Assembly (NCBI GenBank): GCA_963709585.1
Contig: CAVPXI010000014.1
Location: forward strand, 1-64,000
DNA length: 64,000 bases
Source: Candidatus Dormiibacterota bacterium
Lineage (GTDB): Bacteria; Chloroflexota; Dormibacteria; Aeolococcales; Aeolococcaceae
Direction of reading: 5' to 3'
Shown: positions 19,134-29,710 of the stretch, in pieces
How the letters are laid out: every line of letters starts with the position of its first letter
How positions within the stretch are numbered: position 1 is the stretch's first letter
The notes under the pieces: generated by a model
Seen by the model: the letters and a program-made list of their open reading frames with translations, nothing else
The model's database searches: none
Told to the model about the DNA's origin: nothing
Translations under genes and position numbers: made by a program

Positions 19134-20965
19134 GTTCGACCGCGCGCCAACTCCACGTTCCGTCGGATCTCCACCGACGAACCGTCGATTGGGTGCGGGG
19201 CTCCCAGGGAGGGATCATCGCAACCGCCCTGGTCGTGGGTGCCGGGGGCGGGCTCGGGGCAATCGCCTTTCGCGACCTCATCCGCTGGTTCACCATCTTC
19301 TTTACCGGGCACGACGACTACAGCGCCGCCGGACACGCCATCAATCCGAACGTGCCCTGGCTCGGCATCTATTTCGTCATTCTGGCACCCATTCTCGGTG
19401 GCCTCATCTATGGTCCCCTGATCCAGTTCTTCGCCCCTGAGGCTCGTGGCCATGGGGTCCCCGAGGTGATGTTCGCCGTTGCGGAGCGAGGCGGGAAGAT
19501 TCGCCCTCAGGTCGCCGTGGTCAAATCCCTCGCCTCGGCAATCTGCATCGGAGCTGGCGGCTCAGTCGGACGCGAAGGCCCGATCGTGCAGATTGGTTCG
19601 GCGCTTGGCTCCTCGATCGGACAGGCGTTGCACGTGTCTGAGGCGAGGCTCCGCCTTCTCGTCGCATGCGGCACGGCGGCCGGAATTTCGGCCACGTTCA
19701 ACGCCCCCATAGCCGGCGTTTTCTTCGCGCTCGAGCTTATCCTCCAGGACTTCGCCGTCGATGCCTTCGGGGCCGTTGTGCTGGCCTCGGTGGTAGCAGA
19801 TGTCATCGGGCGGGCGGCGTTTGGCAGCCAAGCCTTTCTCACTCTGCCGGCGTTCCATATTGTCTCCACATGGGAGTTCGGCCTCTACGCCGTCCTCGGG
19901 GTGCTGGGCGGCTTTGCGGGACTTGCCTTCATCCGGGTTCTCTACGGGACCGAGGACCTCCTGGATCGCATCTGGCACGGGCCCGAATGGCTTCGCCCGG
20001 TGGCTGGCGGCGTGTTGCTGGGACTCCTGCTGCTGGCACTTCCCGAACTGTATGGCGTCGGGTATCCGGTGCTCCAGAACGCTGTCGGCGGAGAGGTCGT
20101 TCTCGGGCTTCTCCTGCTCTTGCTCGTCGGCAAGATGCTTGCTACCAGCCTAACCATCGGCATCGGCGGATCGGGAGGCGTCTTCGCGCCGTCGCTATTC
20201 ATGGGCGCGATGCTGGGAACCGCCTTCGGCGTGGTCGCCAATATGGTGTTCCACGGTGCCGTGGCACCAGCAGGTGCATACGGTCTGGTGGGCATGGGGG
20301 CGGTCTTCGCCGGTGCGGCTCGGGCACCGATCACGGCCGTGATCATCATCTTTGAACTCACCGGCGACTACACGATCATCCTTCCCTTGATGATCGCGAT
20401 CGTCTCGGCGGCTGGACTCAGCAGCCTCCTCTCCAAGGACACCATCTATACACTCAAGCTGCGCCGGCGTGGGATCGACATTCTCCGATCGCGGAGCGCC
20501 AACCTCATGCATGAGCTTCTAGTCCGCGACGCCATGCAGCCAGCGCCCGAGCCACTTCTGGCTACGATGCCTCTAGATGACATGGTTCGCCGTTTCACGC
20601 GACGTGACGTGTCGGCACTCCCGGTGGTCGATGTCGATGGGTGTTATTGCGGCTTGGTGACTGCAGATGAGGTCGACGCCGCGCTGGCTAGCGACCCCGT
20701 CGGCGTCACAGCCGGCGACATCGCCAACCTGGCAGGAACCGTCGCACCGGACGCACCGCTAGACGCCGTGCTCTCTCGGTTCGTTCAGCAAGGAACGTCG
20801 GCACTGCCGGTCATGGAGCCGGGTGGCTCCAGCCTTGTTGGGTGGCTCACGCATCGCGACATCCTGGTCACCTATCAGACACGTCTCGAGATAAGACCAG
20901 CCGCCCCTCCGTACACGGAGCCGGTGCTAGTGCAACCCAAGACACCCCGACAGGCACGCCTATGA
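19130..20965 (+). CDS. CLC chloride channel/antiporter with C-terminal CBS pair
   Basis: GHGVPE, GREGP and GGVFAP CLC signatures, and CBS motifs ALPVVD/ALPVME. Confidence 0.93.
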   Translation: MSSTARQLHVPSDLHRRTVDWVRGSQGGIIATALVVGAGGGLGAIAFRDLIRWFTIFFTGHDDYSAAGHAINPNVPWLGIYFVILAPILGGLIYGPLIQFFAPEARGHGVPEVMFAVAERGGKIRPQVAVVKSLASAICIGAGGSVGREGPIVQIGSALGSSIGQALHVSEARLRLLVACGTAAGISATFNAPIAGVFFALELILQDFAVDAFGAVVLASVVADVIGRAAFGSQAFLTLPAFHIVSTWEFGLYAVLGVLGGFAGLAFIRVLYGTEDLLDRIWHGPEWLRPVAGGVLLGLLLLALPELYGVGYPVLQNAVGGEVVLGLLLLLLVGKMLATSLTIGIGGSGGVFAPSLFMGAMLGTAFGVVANMVFHGAVAPAGAYGLVGMGAVFAGAARAPITAVIIIFELTGDYTIILPLMIAIVSAAGLSSLLSKDTIYTLKLRRRGIDILRSRSANLMHELLVRDAMQPAPEPLLATMPLDDMVRRFTRRDVSALPVVDVDGCYCGLVTADEVDAALASDPVGVTAGDIANLAGTVAPDAPLDAVLSRFVQQGTSALPVMEPGGSSLVGWLTHRDILVTYQTRLEIRPAAPPYTEPVLVQPKTPRQARL

Positions 20966-21067
20966 TCGCTCGTGATTCCGCATGGTCCTCACGTGTCTTG
21001 CGCTCGCCGCACGCCGTGCCATTGGCAGTGCGACTCATCACGCAGCGGTTCGGTGGTTGGAAGGCTT

Positions 21068-21478
21068 CTACTTAGCGTCGGCTGTGGACCGAAGTAGAGC
21101 GCCCTCTCCTCGGGCGATGAACTCCGCGAGCTGCCCGGGAGTGATCTCCGCTTTGATGCCGACATTGAGTGCGCCAAGGCGGAGGCCGCGCTCGCGGATG
21201 TCTGGATCACCGTCATTGCTCAACATGAGGACTGGAGTCGCATTCGTGGCGGGCTCCGCGCGAAGCCGATCGAGCGCCTCGAGACCGTCGATCCCTGGCA
21301 AGCGGTAGTCGAGGCAAATAAAGTCGGGCCTGGTAGCGCTTGCCATCGCGACGCCTTCCTCGCCGTCTCGGGCAATAGCCACTTCGTAACCCTTGGCGCT
21401 GAGGCCCACTCGATACATCTCGGCGATGAGCGGATCGTCATCGACGATTAGGACTTTGAGACGCTCTCGGACCGTCAC
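21068..21478 (-). CDS. single-domain response regulator (receiver only)
   Basis: VLIVDDD, CLDYRLPGIDG and PVLMLS motifs. Start codon uncertain. Confidence 0.8.
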   Translation of the reverse strand: MTVRERLKVLIVDDDPLIAEMYRVGLSAKGYEVAIARDGEEGVAMASATRPDFICLDYRLPGIDGLEALDRLRAEPATNATPVLMLSNDGDPDIRERGLRLGALNVGIKAEITPGQLAEFIARGEGALLRSTADAK

Positions 21479-21788
21479 CCGCCCCCGAGCGTGTTCGGCC
21501 GAGGTTCGGTGTTCGATAAGGCGGACTTCCGCTTGGTAGGCTGACGTGCCCGTCTCCCATCGCTTCAACTCCAACGCTCCATGCTCAGGCCATCGCTGAT
21601 GGCGGGGGAAAAGGCGATCTATCGTGATTCCCGCAACTCCGTCTGCTGGCTGTAATCAAACCAACTCGTCGGTTTCTAGCTGATACTAACTCGCCGGGGC
21701 CGGCGCGGGCAAGTGGCTGGAAAGTGCCCAGGCGTCGTCCCGCTGAGCGAGCTGGCGACAACTCGTGCGGGACGCTAGGGTTGCGTGC

Positions 21789-22070
21789 ATGGACGAAATT
21801 AGCGACGAGGACTATCTCTACTGGCCTGGCGTCCCGCCCTGGCGCTACAAACTCGCATTCAGCCGTCATCCCGTCGAGGGCTGGTACGTCGGAATCATCG
21901 ACGAGGGCGCGGTTGTTGATCGTCGCATCTGGCATGAGCCCCCCAGACCAGTACCGATGCCCACGATGCGCGTGTGGCTCGAAAGCGAGCTCGTGCCGCC
22001 TGAAGCAGCTCATGAGATGGTCGCAGAGTTCGCCAAGACCCATCCAGGTCTCTTCGAGGAAACTGGCTGA
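21789..22070 (+). CDS. hypothetical protein
   Basis: Protein-like composition (MDEISDEDYLYWPG...); no family recognised. Confidence 0.45.
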   Translation: MDEISDEDYLYWPGVPPWRYKLAFSRHPVEGWYVGIIDEGAVVDRRIWHEPPRPVPMPTMRVWLESELVPPEAAHEMVAEFAKTHPGLFEETG

Positions 22071-22269
22071 AGGCGATTTGCGATTCAGCGATATCGCTGG
22101 TGGCGATCCACCCAGGACAGGGCCGCCTCCAGGTGGTCGAGAGCGTCCTGGCCGGATGCGGAGGGCCGATCGGGGCTGCACCATCGATCGGAGCCCGATT
22201 TTGGCCCCACGAGCCTCGCGAGCTCAACACACGGCCAGAGCATCGGATTGGAGTGCGAGTGCGTTTCAG

Positions 22270-22758
22270 TTAGGCGGCGATTGCACGGTCCTTCCGGTCG
22301 TTTTCAACATGGAATCGTGAGGACAACACGCACGTATATATGGCGGCAAAGGCGAGGGCGTTCGCCAGATCCCAACCAATATCTCTTCGGGGCCAATACC
22401 GCAGTCGAGGCGTCGCGCCAATGCGCGGCAGAATCAGCAGTTCGAAGGCCCAGATGACCGATCCGAGCAGACAGGTATCGTGCAATGGGCGCAGCGGGCG
22501 CTCACGGCGCAGTAGTGCCCAGCCGACTCCCCAGGCCGGTCCATAGCCGGCGCGCATCACGTCTCCGACGAGTTGTGCGACGCTGTCATCAAGGGTGTAT
22601 CCGATCTGTCCGGCCATTCTCGCCACCATCGCACTCGGGAGGAAGACCGGTCTCCGCCCGCCTCCGATCTTCATCCCGACTTGCATCAATGCGCTCTCGG
22701 CGACGGTGCCCAGCGCTCCTGCGACTGCGGCGCGCCGCACGCTGGTCTCCGACTTCAA
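22270..22758 (-). CDS. hypothetical membrane protein
   Basis: Several hydrophobic helices. Overlaps the GH15 stop codon, so it is the last gene of the operon. Confidence 0.55.
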   Translation of the reverse strand: MKSETSVRRAAVAGALGTVAESALMQVGMKIGGGRRPVFLPSAMVARMAGQIGYTLDDSVAQLVGDVMRAGYGPAWGVGWALLRRERPLRPLHDTCLLGSVIWAFELLILPRIGATPRLRYWPRRDIGWDLANALAFAAIYTCVLSSRFHVENDRKDRAIAA

Positions 22759-24557
22759 TTAGCCAGCTCCACGGCACACTCGAGAAGCAGCGCATGGACG
22801 AAGGCTTGCGGGAGGTTGCCGCGTAACTGACGCTGCCGTACGTCATATTCCTCGGTGAACAACCCCGACGGGCCGCACGCTGATCGTGTTCGCTCGAACC
22901 AGCGCATTGCTTCAAGATGCCTGCCGGCAACGTGGTGTCGCAAGGACATCATGAAGCCGCACAGGAGAAACGCACCTTCGGCATCCCCGAGAGGGCGCGC
23001 ATCGTGCCGATAGCGATAGAGGTAGCCGTCCTCGACCAAGTCATCAGTGATGGCCTGTAGCGAGGCGTCGCCCCGCGGATCATCCGGAGGGATCGCGCCA
23101 CGGACGGTTGCCATAAGCAGGGCTGCATCGATGCGCGGGTCATCATCTGCTCGGCGCCACGCACCATCTGCCCCTACAGCTGTCCTTCCCACCTCCGCAA
23201 GGATGCGGTCCGCTAGGGCTGCCCACCTCGCTCCGTCGCCACCAGATCGTGGAGCGATTCGGGCGACAGCGCGAAGTCCGGCGACACACGCGAGCCGACT
23301 GTGCGTCCAGCGACGGGACTCGAGCTCCCAAATACCCGCATCGGGCTGGGTCCACCGCTGCTCGACGACGGACGCCGCCTCCTCACCGCCTTCCAACCGT
23401 CGATGTCAAGCCGGTCCAGCTTGGCGGCGGCAGCAAGCAGCAGCAATCCTTCGCCAACAGCGTCGAGTTGAAACTGTTTGTTGACGTGGTTGCCGATGAT
23501 GTCGGTGCCGCCCGGATAGCCGGGCAGCGGCACACGATGCTGTCCCGGAACGCGTCCGCCCGTCACCGTGTACGCCGGTTTCAGCTCGGCTACCGTCCGC
23601 AAGGATCCGCTGACTCACGAAGGAGACGGCAGTGTCGGCCAGAGTGTCGGCGCCGGCACGAAGCGCGGCTTGGCCGGCGTAGCACTGATCGCGTATCCAC
23701 GAGTAGCGATAGTCATAGCTGGTGCCTTGCCGCGCTCGCTCTGGCAGCGACGTCGTCGCGGCCGCAACCATCCCGCCCGAGCTACTGGTGAGGCCGGACA
23801 GCACCGCATAGGCCAGACGCGCATCGCGCGGGGCAACCGAAGAGTCCAATGTTGGGATGCGCTCCTGCCAGGTCGACGCCGTCGCAGCCCATGCCCTTCC
23901 GGCATCGGGCATATCGCCACCGGCACCGCGGGGTTCGACCAGCAGGACGAGGTCGTGGAAGCTCCCCTCCTGGACAATGAGGTCAAGTTCGAGTGCGCCA
24001 TTGGCTCCGCGGCGTCGATGGGCATCAGCCGCCCCTGCCCAGCGCAGTTGCAGATCGTGATGCTCGACGACCCACGTCGTCCCGTCGCGCCGAATCGTCA
24101 GCGGCGCCTCGGATGCGAAATTCGCCATGCTCCGGAGTGAGCAACGGACCCGTGCCGTACCCTTGCACGCGACAATCCTGCGCAGGAGCACCGCTCGCTC
24201 AGGGTTACTCGGCAGCGCAAGCGCCTCGCGACATTCGATGGTGGCGCTCGTGGTAACCCAGCGACTGCGCCAGATCAGCGAGTCCGGCTCGTAATAGCCG
24301 CCCCACACATGGGACTCCGTCGGCGTAACCGAATAGGACCCGTCGCCGCCGATCAAAGCGCTGAACAGCGCCGGATCGTGCCAGCGCGGGAAGCACATCC
24401 ACACAAAGTCTCCATGGGGACCGACGACCACTCCTCGCTCGCCGTCTGCCAGCAGTGCGTATTCGCGAAGCACGACAGGAGCAGCAGCGGGATTGACCGA
24501 ATGCAGTGGTGTCTCGCTGCGCCGGGCTACTGCTGGTTTGCCGCCGGGTGCTGCCAC
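22755..24557 (-). CDS. glycoside hydrolase family 15 (glucoamylase/trehalase-like), two frameshifts (near 23590 and 23400)
   Basis: LREYALLADG, MVAAATTSLPE, YRYSWIRD, QLDAVGE and GNLPQAFVH motifs spread over three frames. Confidence 0.85.
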
Positions 24558-24559
24558 CG

Positions 24560-25669
24560 TCAGGACACCCGAAAGCGCTCGGCGTCCTGTTCCTTGAGGG
24601 CAAGCCCGAGGCCGGGACGGTGGTCGTCGGGGCGGAGAGCCCCGCCGTGGGGATCCAGCACGCCGTCGAAGAGGAGGTGATCCACGCGAACGTGGTCGTG
24701 AAAGTACTCGATGTGGCGCAGATTGGGCGGCACGGTCGCGACGTGCGCATGGATCGAGGGACCGCAGTGCGCTGAGAATGGGGTCTTGAAGGCCGCGCTC
24801 GTGGCTGCGACACGGAGCCATTCCGTGATCCCGGCGCAACGCCCCACATCCGCCTGAAGGACGTCGACCGCCTCGGAACCCAGCATCGTCTGAAAGTACT
24901 CAAGATCGTAGCCATACTCCCCAGCGCTGACCTCGAGCGGCAGCGCAGCGCGGAGCGCCGAGAGACCCTCGCGGTCGTCTGACGTGACCGGCTCCTCGAA
25001 CCAGGTCACGCCGAACTCCTCTGCAAACAGACGTCCGAGGCGCTGCGCCTGCTTGCGGTCGTAGGCACCATTGGCGTCCACGAAGAGCTCGACGCCGTCA
25101 CCGATAGCGTTGCGAGCGGCACGGACACGGTCGATGTCTTCTTCCCACGAGGTTCCACGATCCTTTCCGATCTTCATCTTCACCCGCGGGATCCCCTGCT
25201 CGGCCCACCCGGCCAGCTGAGCACATAACTCGCGCTCGCTGTAGCTCGTGAAGCCCCCGCTGCCGTAGATGGGGACCGCGTCTCGGACCGGTCCGAGCAA
25301 CCGGTGCAACGGAGTGTCGAGGGCGCGCGCCTTGGTATCCCAGAGCGCAATATCCATAGCGGCGATCGCCATTGAGGCAATGCCCGGGCGGCCGAGGTTG
25401 CGTATTCGCCGGACCATCGCCTCCCAGGCTGCCCCGACCTCGCGGATGTCCGCGCCGATGACGACGTCGGCGAGTGTGTCACGAGCGAGCAGCCCCGTCG
25501 CCGGATCTCCGACCGCGTACCCGAGACCCCTGGTCCCGTTGTCGAGCAGCGGTTGGACCACCACAAGCGAGGTCCGGTCCCATTGCAGGGTGCCGTCGGC
25601 TTCGGGTTTCTCAGTTGGCACGGTGTAGACGCGAACGTCGACCGACCGGACGCTGAGGCCATCCCTCAA
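24560..25669 (-). CDS. mandelate racemase/muconate lactonizing (enolase superfamily) enzyme
   Basis: KMKIG, VDANG, WFEEP and AGEY motifs. TTG start with RBS is inferred. Confidence 0.88.
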   Translation of the reverse strand: MRDGLSVRSVDVRVYTVPTEKPEADGTLQWDRTSLVVVQPLLDNGTRGLGYAVGDPATGLLARDTLADVVIGADIREVGAAWEAMVRRIRNLGRPGIASMAIAAMDIALWDTKARALDTPLHRLLGPVRDAVPIYGSGGFTSYSERELCAQLAGWAEQGIPRVKMKIGKDRGTSWEEDIDRVRAARNAIGDGVELFVDANGAYDRKQAQRLGRLFAEEFGVTWFEEPVTSDDREGLSALRAALPLEVSAGEYGYDLEYFQTMLGSEAVDVLQADVGRCAGITEWLRVAATSAAFKTPFSAHCGPSIHAHVATVPPNLRHIEYFHDHVRVDHLLFDGVLDPHGGALRPDDHRPGLGLALKEQDAERFRVS

Positions 25670-25790
25670 GCCAGCTCTCCAACGACTGTGAGCCCCGAGC
25701 GGCCAAGGACAGGATGCTGACGGTCCCTGTACAGACCGATCTGCTCGACTGACGGGAGCACCAGTCCAGCCCGACCGGTCGATGTCGGGA

Positions 25791-26795
25791 TCATGAGGCG
25801 GCGAGACGGCACGCGCCCAACACCGCCGCTGCAGTACCGACTGCGGCTCCCGCGGCGATGCTGCGGTGTGTGCTGAGCCAGAGTTGCACACTCCGCGTCT
25901 TCGACTGGTCATCGAACACGCCGTGGGTCGTGGCAAGCTGTGGCCGCGGCTCGTACAGATTGTCTGGCCGACCGGGAGCCACCGGGACGTCTGCCATCTG
26001 TTGTGACTTGTATCCAGTCCGCGCGAGGTATCGGTCGGCAATTCCTGGGGCAACCTTGTTGGCCAGGATGACCGCAGCAGCACTCCCTCCGCAGAAGACC
26101 TCTCGACGGCGGTGATGGGCCGCCCAGTAGACGGCTTCTGCAGGAACCTCCGGCTGATAGATCGGCGGCACGGGCATAGGGTGCTTCGGCAGCTTGGTGC
26201 GGCACCAAGCGAACTGCGGCGTGTTCACAGCGGGCAGCTGCACCATTGAGATCCAGACCCTGCTCTGGTTGTGCAGCAGCTCGGTGCGCACGCTGTCGGT
26301 GAATCCACGGATGGCGAACTTGGCCCCACAGTAGGCTGACTGCAATGGGATCGCCCGATAGGCTAGCGCCGACCCCACCTGCACAACGGTCCCGTGGTTC
26401 CGAGGCAGCATCCGGTGCAAGGCTGACATCGTGCCGTGCACCGTGCCGAGGTAGGTCACCTCGGTGGCGCGCCGGTACTCGTCTGGGCTCACGTCCGCGA
26501 ATTCGGCGAAGACGGTCGCCATCGCGTCGTTGACCCACACGTCAATGGGCCCGAATGTCGTTTCGACCTCCTCGGCCGCTGCCTCGACGGCCTCGGCATC
26601 AGCAACGTCGGTGGGGATTACGAGCGCTCGCCCTCCCATCCGCTCTACTTCGCCGGCCGCGTCTTTGAGGCTCGTCTCGCCGCGAGCCAGCAACGCGACT
26701 CGAGCTCCGCGACGCGCGAATGCGTGGGCTACGGCGCGTCCCACGCCCGCTGAGGCGCCCGTGACCACCACGGTTTCCTGATTCGGTTGCAACAT
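25791..26795 (-). CDS. SDR family oxidoreductase
   Basis: TGASAGVG cofactor motif and YCGAK catalytic motif. Confidence 0.92.
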   Translation of the reverse strand: MLQPNQETVVVTGASAGVGRAVAHAFARRGARVALLARGETSLKDAAGEVERMGGRALVIPTDVADAEAVEAAAEEVETTFGPIDVWVNDAMATVFAEFADVSPDEYRRATEVTYLGTVHGTMSALHRMLPRNHGTVVQVGSALAYRAIPLQSAYCGAKFAIRGFTDSVRTELLHNQSRVWISMVQLPAVNTPQFAWCRTKLPKHPMPVPPIYQPEVPAEAVYWAAHHRRREVFCGGSAAAVILANKVAPGIADRYLARTGYKSQQMADVPVAPGRPDNLYEPRPQLATTHGVFDDQSKTRSVQLWLSTHRSIAAGAAVGTAAAVLGACRLAAS

Positions 26796-26797
26796 CG

Positions 26798-28501
26798 TCA
26801 ACTCCTTCCTGAGAATGTAAGTTCCGATTGGACGCGTGCGCCGCGAGGGTCGACCTTGCGCGTCGCGAGCCGCTCCGCAAGACGGGACGCCAGCGCCATG
26901 ATGGTCAGGGCCGGGTTGGCACTCCCCTGCGTCGGGCACACGCTGCCATCGCAAATGAAGAGATTCGGCAGCGCCCAGGACTGCTGCTCGCTCGATACGA
27001 CGCTGGTTTCCGGATCTGAACCCATCCGGCACCCACCGATGAGGTGGGCGAAGCGTTGAATGGTGAGAATGTCCTGCGCACCGGACGCCTGCACAATCTC
27101 GCGAATCACTCTCGCTGAAAAGGCCATGTTTGCCTTGTCGTTCTCGCAGAGCGTGTAGTCGAACCGAGCGATCGGCAGCCCGTACTGATCGTGTTCGTCG
27201 GCCAACGTCACGCGATTGTCAGGTTGCGCGAGGAGCTCGTTGAGGACACCCACCGTTGCCCAGTGGTTGTAGTCGCGCATGTACTCACGCAATGCGCGTC
27301 CCCAATGACCCTCGGCGAGCACATGCTCAGCCCATCCGATCGGGAGTGGCGATACCGTCTGGATGCTGAAACCACGCGCAAACCCGCGCGCGGGATCAGT
27401 CTCGTAGAAGGCCTCGGATGACACCTCGGGTGGCGGGGCCTTGTACATGCGCACTTCGTCGGGATAGCGACCCGCGGTCTGCGTGGCGCCCTGCACCATC
27501 ACGTACCGACCAACCTGATCCTCGTTGTTGCAGAGTCCATGTGGAAAGTCCGCCGTTGATGAGTTCAGGAGCAGGCGGGGCGATTCGATCGAGTATCCGC
27601 AGACCGCGACCACTCGAGCCCGCTGCACCCGTGCCACTGCCTCCTGCTCCTGGACGTAGGCGACACCCAGCACGCGCTGACCCGACGGATCCACCTCGAC
27701 GCAGACCGCCATGCAGTTCGCGCGCACCTCGACGCCGTGCGCGAGCGCGTCGGGCAGGTGGGTGACAAAGGGACTCGCCTTCGCATTCACCTTGCAACCC
27801 TGGAGACAGAAGCCGCGGTAGATGCAGTGGGGACGATTGCCGAACGTGCCGTTGACGATGCCGACGGGGCCGACTCGCATCTCGATGCCGCAGGTGAGGG
27901 CGCCCTTCCAGATGAGGGAGGCCGCCCCGCTGACGGGATGCGGCGAGAAGGGATAGCTGTGCGGATCGCCCCAGGGCCAGTTCTGGCCGGCAACCGGGAG
28001 TTCACGCTCGACGCGAGCGTAGTGGTCACGCAGATCTGCATACGAAATCGGCCAGTCGGCGCCGACACCGTCGCGTCGGTTGGTCTCGAAGTCGGATGGA
28101 TGAAAGCGCGGGGTGTAGCCGGCGTAGTGCACCATCGAGCCGCCGACACCGCGGCCGCTGTTGTTCTTGCCCAATTCGATGGGATCTGTGCCGCCGATGA
28201 TCCGTTTTTGCGTCCAGTAGAGGTCGTGTGACCCGGCTTCATCGCTGACCCAGTCTTCATCGGGATGCCAGAAGGGTCCGGCCTCGAGGATGACGATGCG
28301 CCACCCGCGGCGGGCCAGACGCTGGGCGAGCACCGAGCCACCTGCGCCCGCCCCGACGATGCAGAGATCGACCTCGTCGTCGTCCCGGTAGTGGCGCATG
28401 GTCGCCTCACCCGGAAGATCGCGCCGGTGAACATCCAGGAGCAACCGCGAGTCGTTCGCCTCGGGAGCGCGAGATCCCTTCAGGATGGTGGCGTCGATCA
28501 A
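26798..28501 (-). CDS. GMC family flavoprotein oxidoreductase
   Basis: GAGAGG, GVGGSMVHY, CIYRGFCLQGC, HLIGGCRMG and NPALT motifs. Start at 28501 (TTGA overlap) or 28399. Confidence 0.9.
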   Translation of the reverse strand: MIDATILKGSRAPEANDSRLLLDVHRRDLPGEATMRHYRDDDEVDLCIVGAGAGGSVLAQRLARRGWRIVILEAGPFWHPDEDWVSDEAGSHDLYWTQKRIIGGTDPIELGKNNSGRGVGGSMVHYAGYTPRFHPSDFETNRRDGVGADWPISYADLRDHYARVERELPVAGQNWPWGDPHSYPFSPHPVSGAASLIWKGALTCGIEMRVGPVGIVNGTFGNRPHCIYRGFCLQGCKVNAKASPFVTHLPDALAHGVEVRANCMAVCVEVDPSGQRVLGVAYVQEQEAVARVQRARVVAVCGYSIESPRLLLNSSTADFPHGLCNNEDQVGRYVMVQGATQTAGRYPDEVRMYKAPPPEVSSEAFYETDPARGFARGFSIQTVSPLPIGWAEHVLAEGHWGRALREYMRDYNHWATVGVLNELLAQPDNRVTLADEHDQYGLPIARFDYTLCENDKANMAFSARVIREIVQASGAQDILTIQRFAHLIGGCRMGSDPETSVVSSEQQSWALPNLFICDGSVCPTQGSANPALTIMALASRLAERLATRKVDPRGARVQSELTFSGRS

Positions 28502-29232
28502 GGCTCTTCTCTCGCGAAGCCGACCGGATCCTCGTCGGTCGCCTCCGGTCGCTCGTAGGGCTCTCGCACCGCCAAGGGGCCGAGTCGCATGTATCCACGG
28601 GGATACGCGGGACCGCCGAAGCCGATTTCGTTCCACGCCCAGGGATGTGAGTAGAACGCAGAAAGGATGGCCTGCATGCAGACAGAGAACGCCCGCTTCA
28701 CGTTGAGCGACTCCCAAATCCCGCCCTGGAGCAGCCCTTTCGCGAACTCGTCGACCACCGACTCGCGGGCCGCACCATCGAGATGAGCGAACCTCGACTG
28801 CGCATAGCGTCTGCTGGCGACCTCATCGAGCCCGCGCAGCACTCGGTGCCAGGTCTCGCGGTCATCCGGCATGTCGGCGTATTGGTAGCCGTCGAGGCGA
28901 CCGGCCTCGAGCTTCTGGTCCACAAGTTCGGCGACCGGGACGCGTGGGTCCCCGTCCTGGGCTGTCGCCACGTCACAGAATGCTCGAAGCGTCGGCTCTT
29001 CCTCTGAACTGAAGAAGCGGAGTGACCGCGTGCCGGCGCGCATGCGCTCATCAACGACCCTGCGCGTCGCGTCATCCCATGTTTCGACAGCGTCAAACAC
29101 GTCGTACTCGGGATAGCGGCCGATCATCTGTGGCGTCGTTCCCCGCCGCTGCTTTGGCAACCACGACTTGTCGGGTGGCTGCCGGTCAGGGCGACGGTTG
29201 GGAAGGTGATCCGGGCGCGACAGATCCGTCAT
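28498..29232 (-). CDS. gluconate 2-dehydrogenase subunit 3 family protein
   Basis: AFYSHPWAWNEIGFGGPAYPRGY motif, adjacent to the GMC gene. Confidence 0.8.
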   Translation of the reverse strand: MTDLSRPDHLPNRRPDRQPPDKSWLPKQRRGTTPQMIGRYPEYDVFDAVETWDDATRRVVDERMRAGTRSLRFFSSEEEPTLRAFCDVATAQDGDPRVPVAELVDQKLEAGRLDGYQYADMPDDRETWHRVLRGLDEVASRRYAQSRFAHLDGAARESVVDEFAKGLLQGGIWESLNVKRAFSVCMQAILSAFYSHPWAWNEIGFGGPAYPRGYMRLGPLAVREPYERPEATDEDPVGFAREEP

Positions 29233-29234
29233 CG

Positions 29235-29708
29235 TCAGTGTTCGCGACGAAGCAGGGCAGCGAGCAGGCCCATCCCACCAACGATGGTCATCAAGCCGGG
29301 GGCCATGATCGGCGGTCCCATCGGGACGTTGTAGGACGCGAGCCGCCACCCACCCGGCTTCCTGGCGACGCCGCGGGCGTGGTAATACTCGCCGAGCGCC
29401 CCGTTGAGCGTGTAAATACCAGCGGCGAGGGGCAACCACGTCTTCGCCCATTTCTCGCTGAAGACCCCGCCGATCCCTGCGATCACCACGGGCGGCGTCA
29501 CCACGATCGGGCTCCACATCATCTTGTTGCCGAAGCTGGCTTTGTAGTGTTCGAAGTACACCTCAGCAGTCGTGACCAGCGCGCCGACCGCGGTCAAGGC
29601 ACAGAGCGAGCGCTCGAAACGACCGTGCTCAACGTTGCGCACCATCCGATCGATGAAGTGCGTTGATGTTGACCGGGGGCTGCGGGCTTCGCCGGTGACG
29701 TGCCTCAC
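29235..29708 (-). CDS. conserved membrane protein of the GMC operon
   Basis: Four hydrophobic segments with His-containing motifs (EHYKASF, YHARGV) and GPPIMAP. Confidence 0.65.
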   Translation of the reverse strand: MRHVTGEARSPRSTSTHFIDRMVRNVEHGRFERSLCALTAVGALVTTAEVYFEHYKASFGNKMMWSPIVVTPPVVIAGIGGVFSEKWAKTWLPLAAGIYTLNGALGEYYHARGVARKPGGWRLASYNVPMGPPIMAPGLMTIVGGMGLLAALLRREH

Positions 29709-29710
29709 GC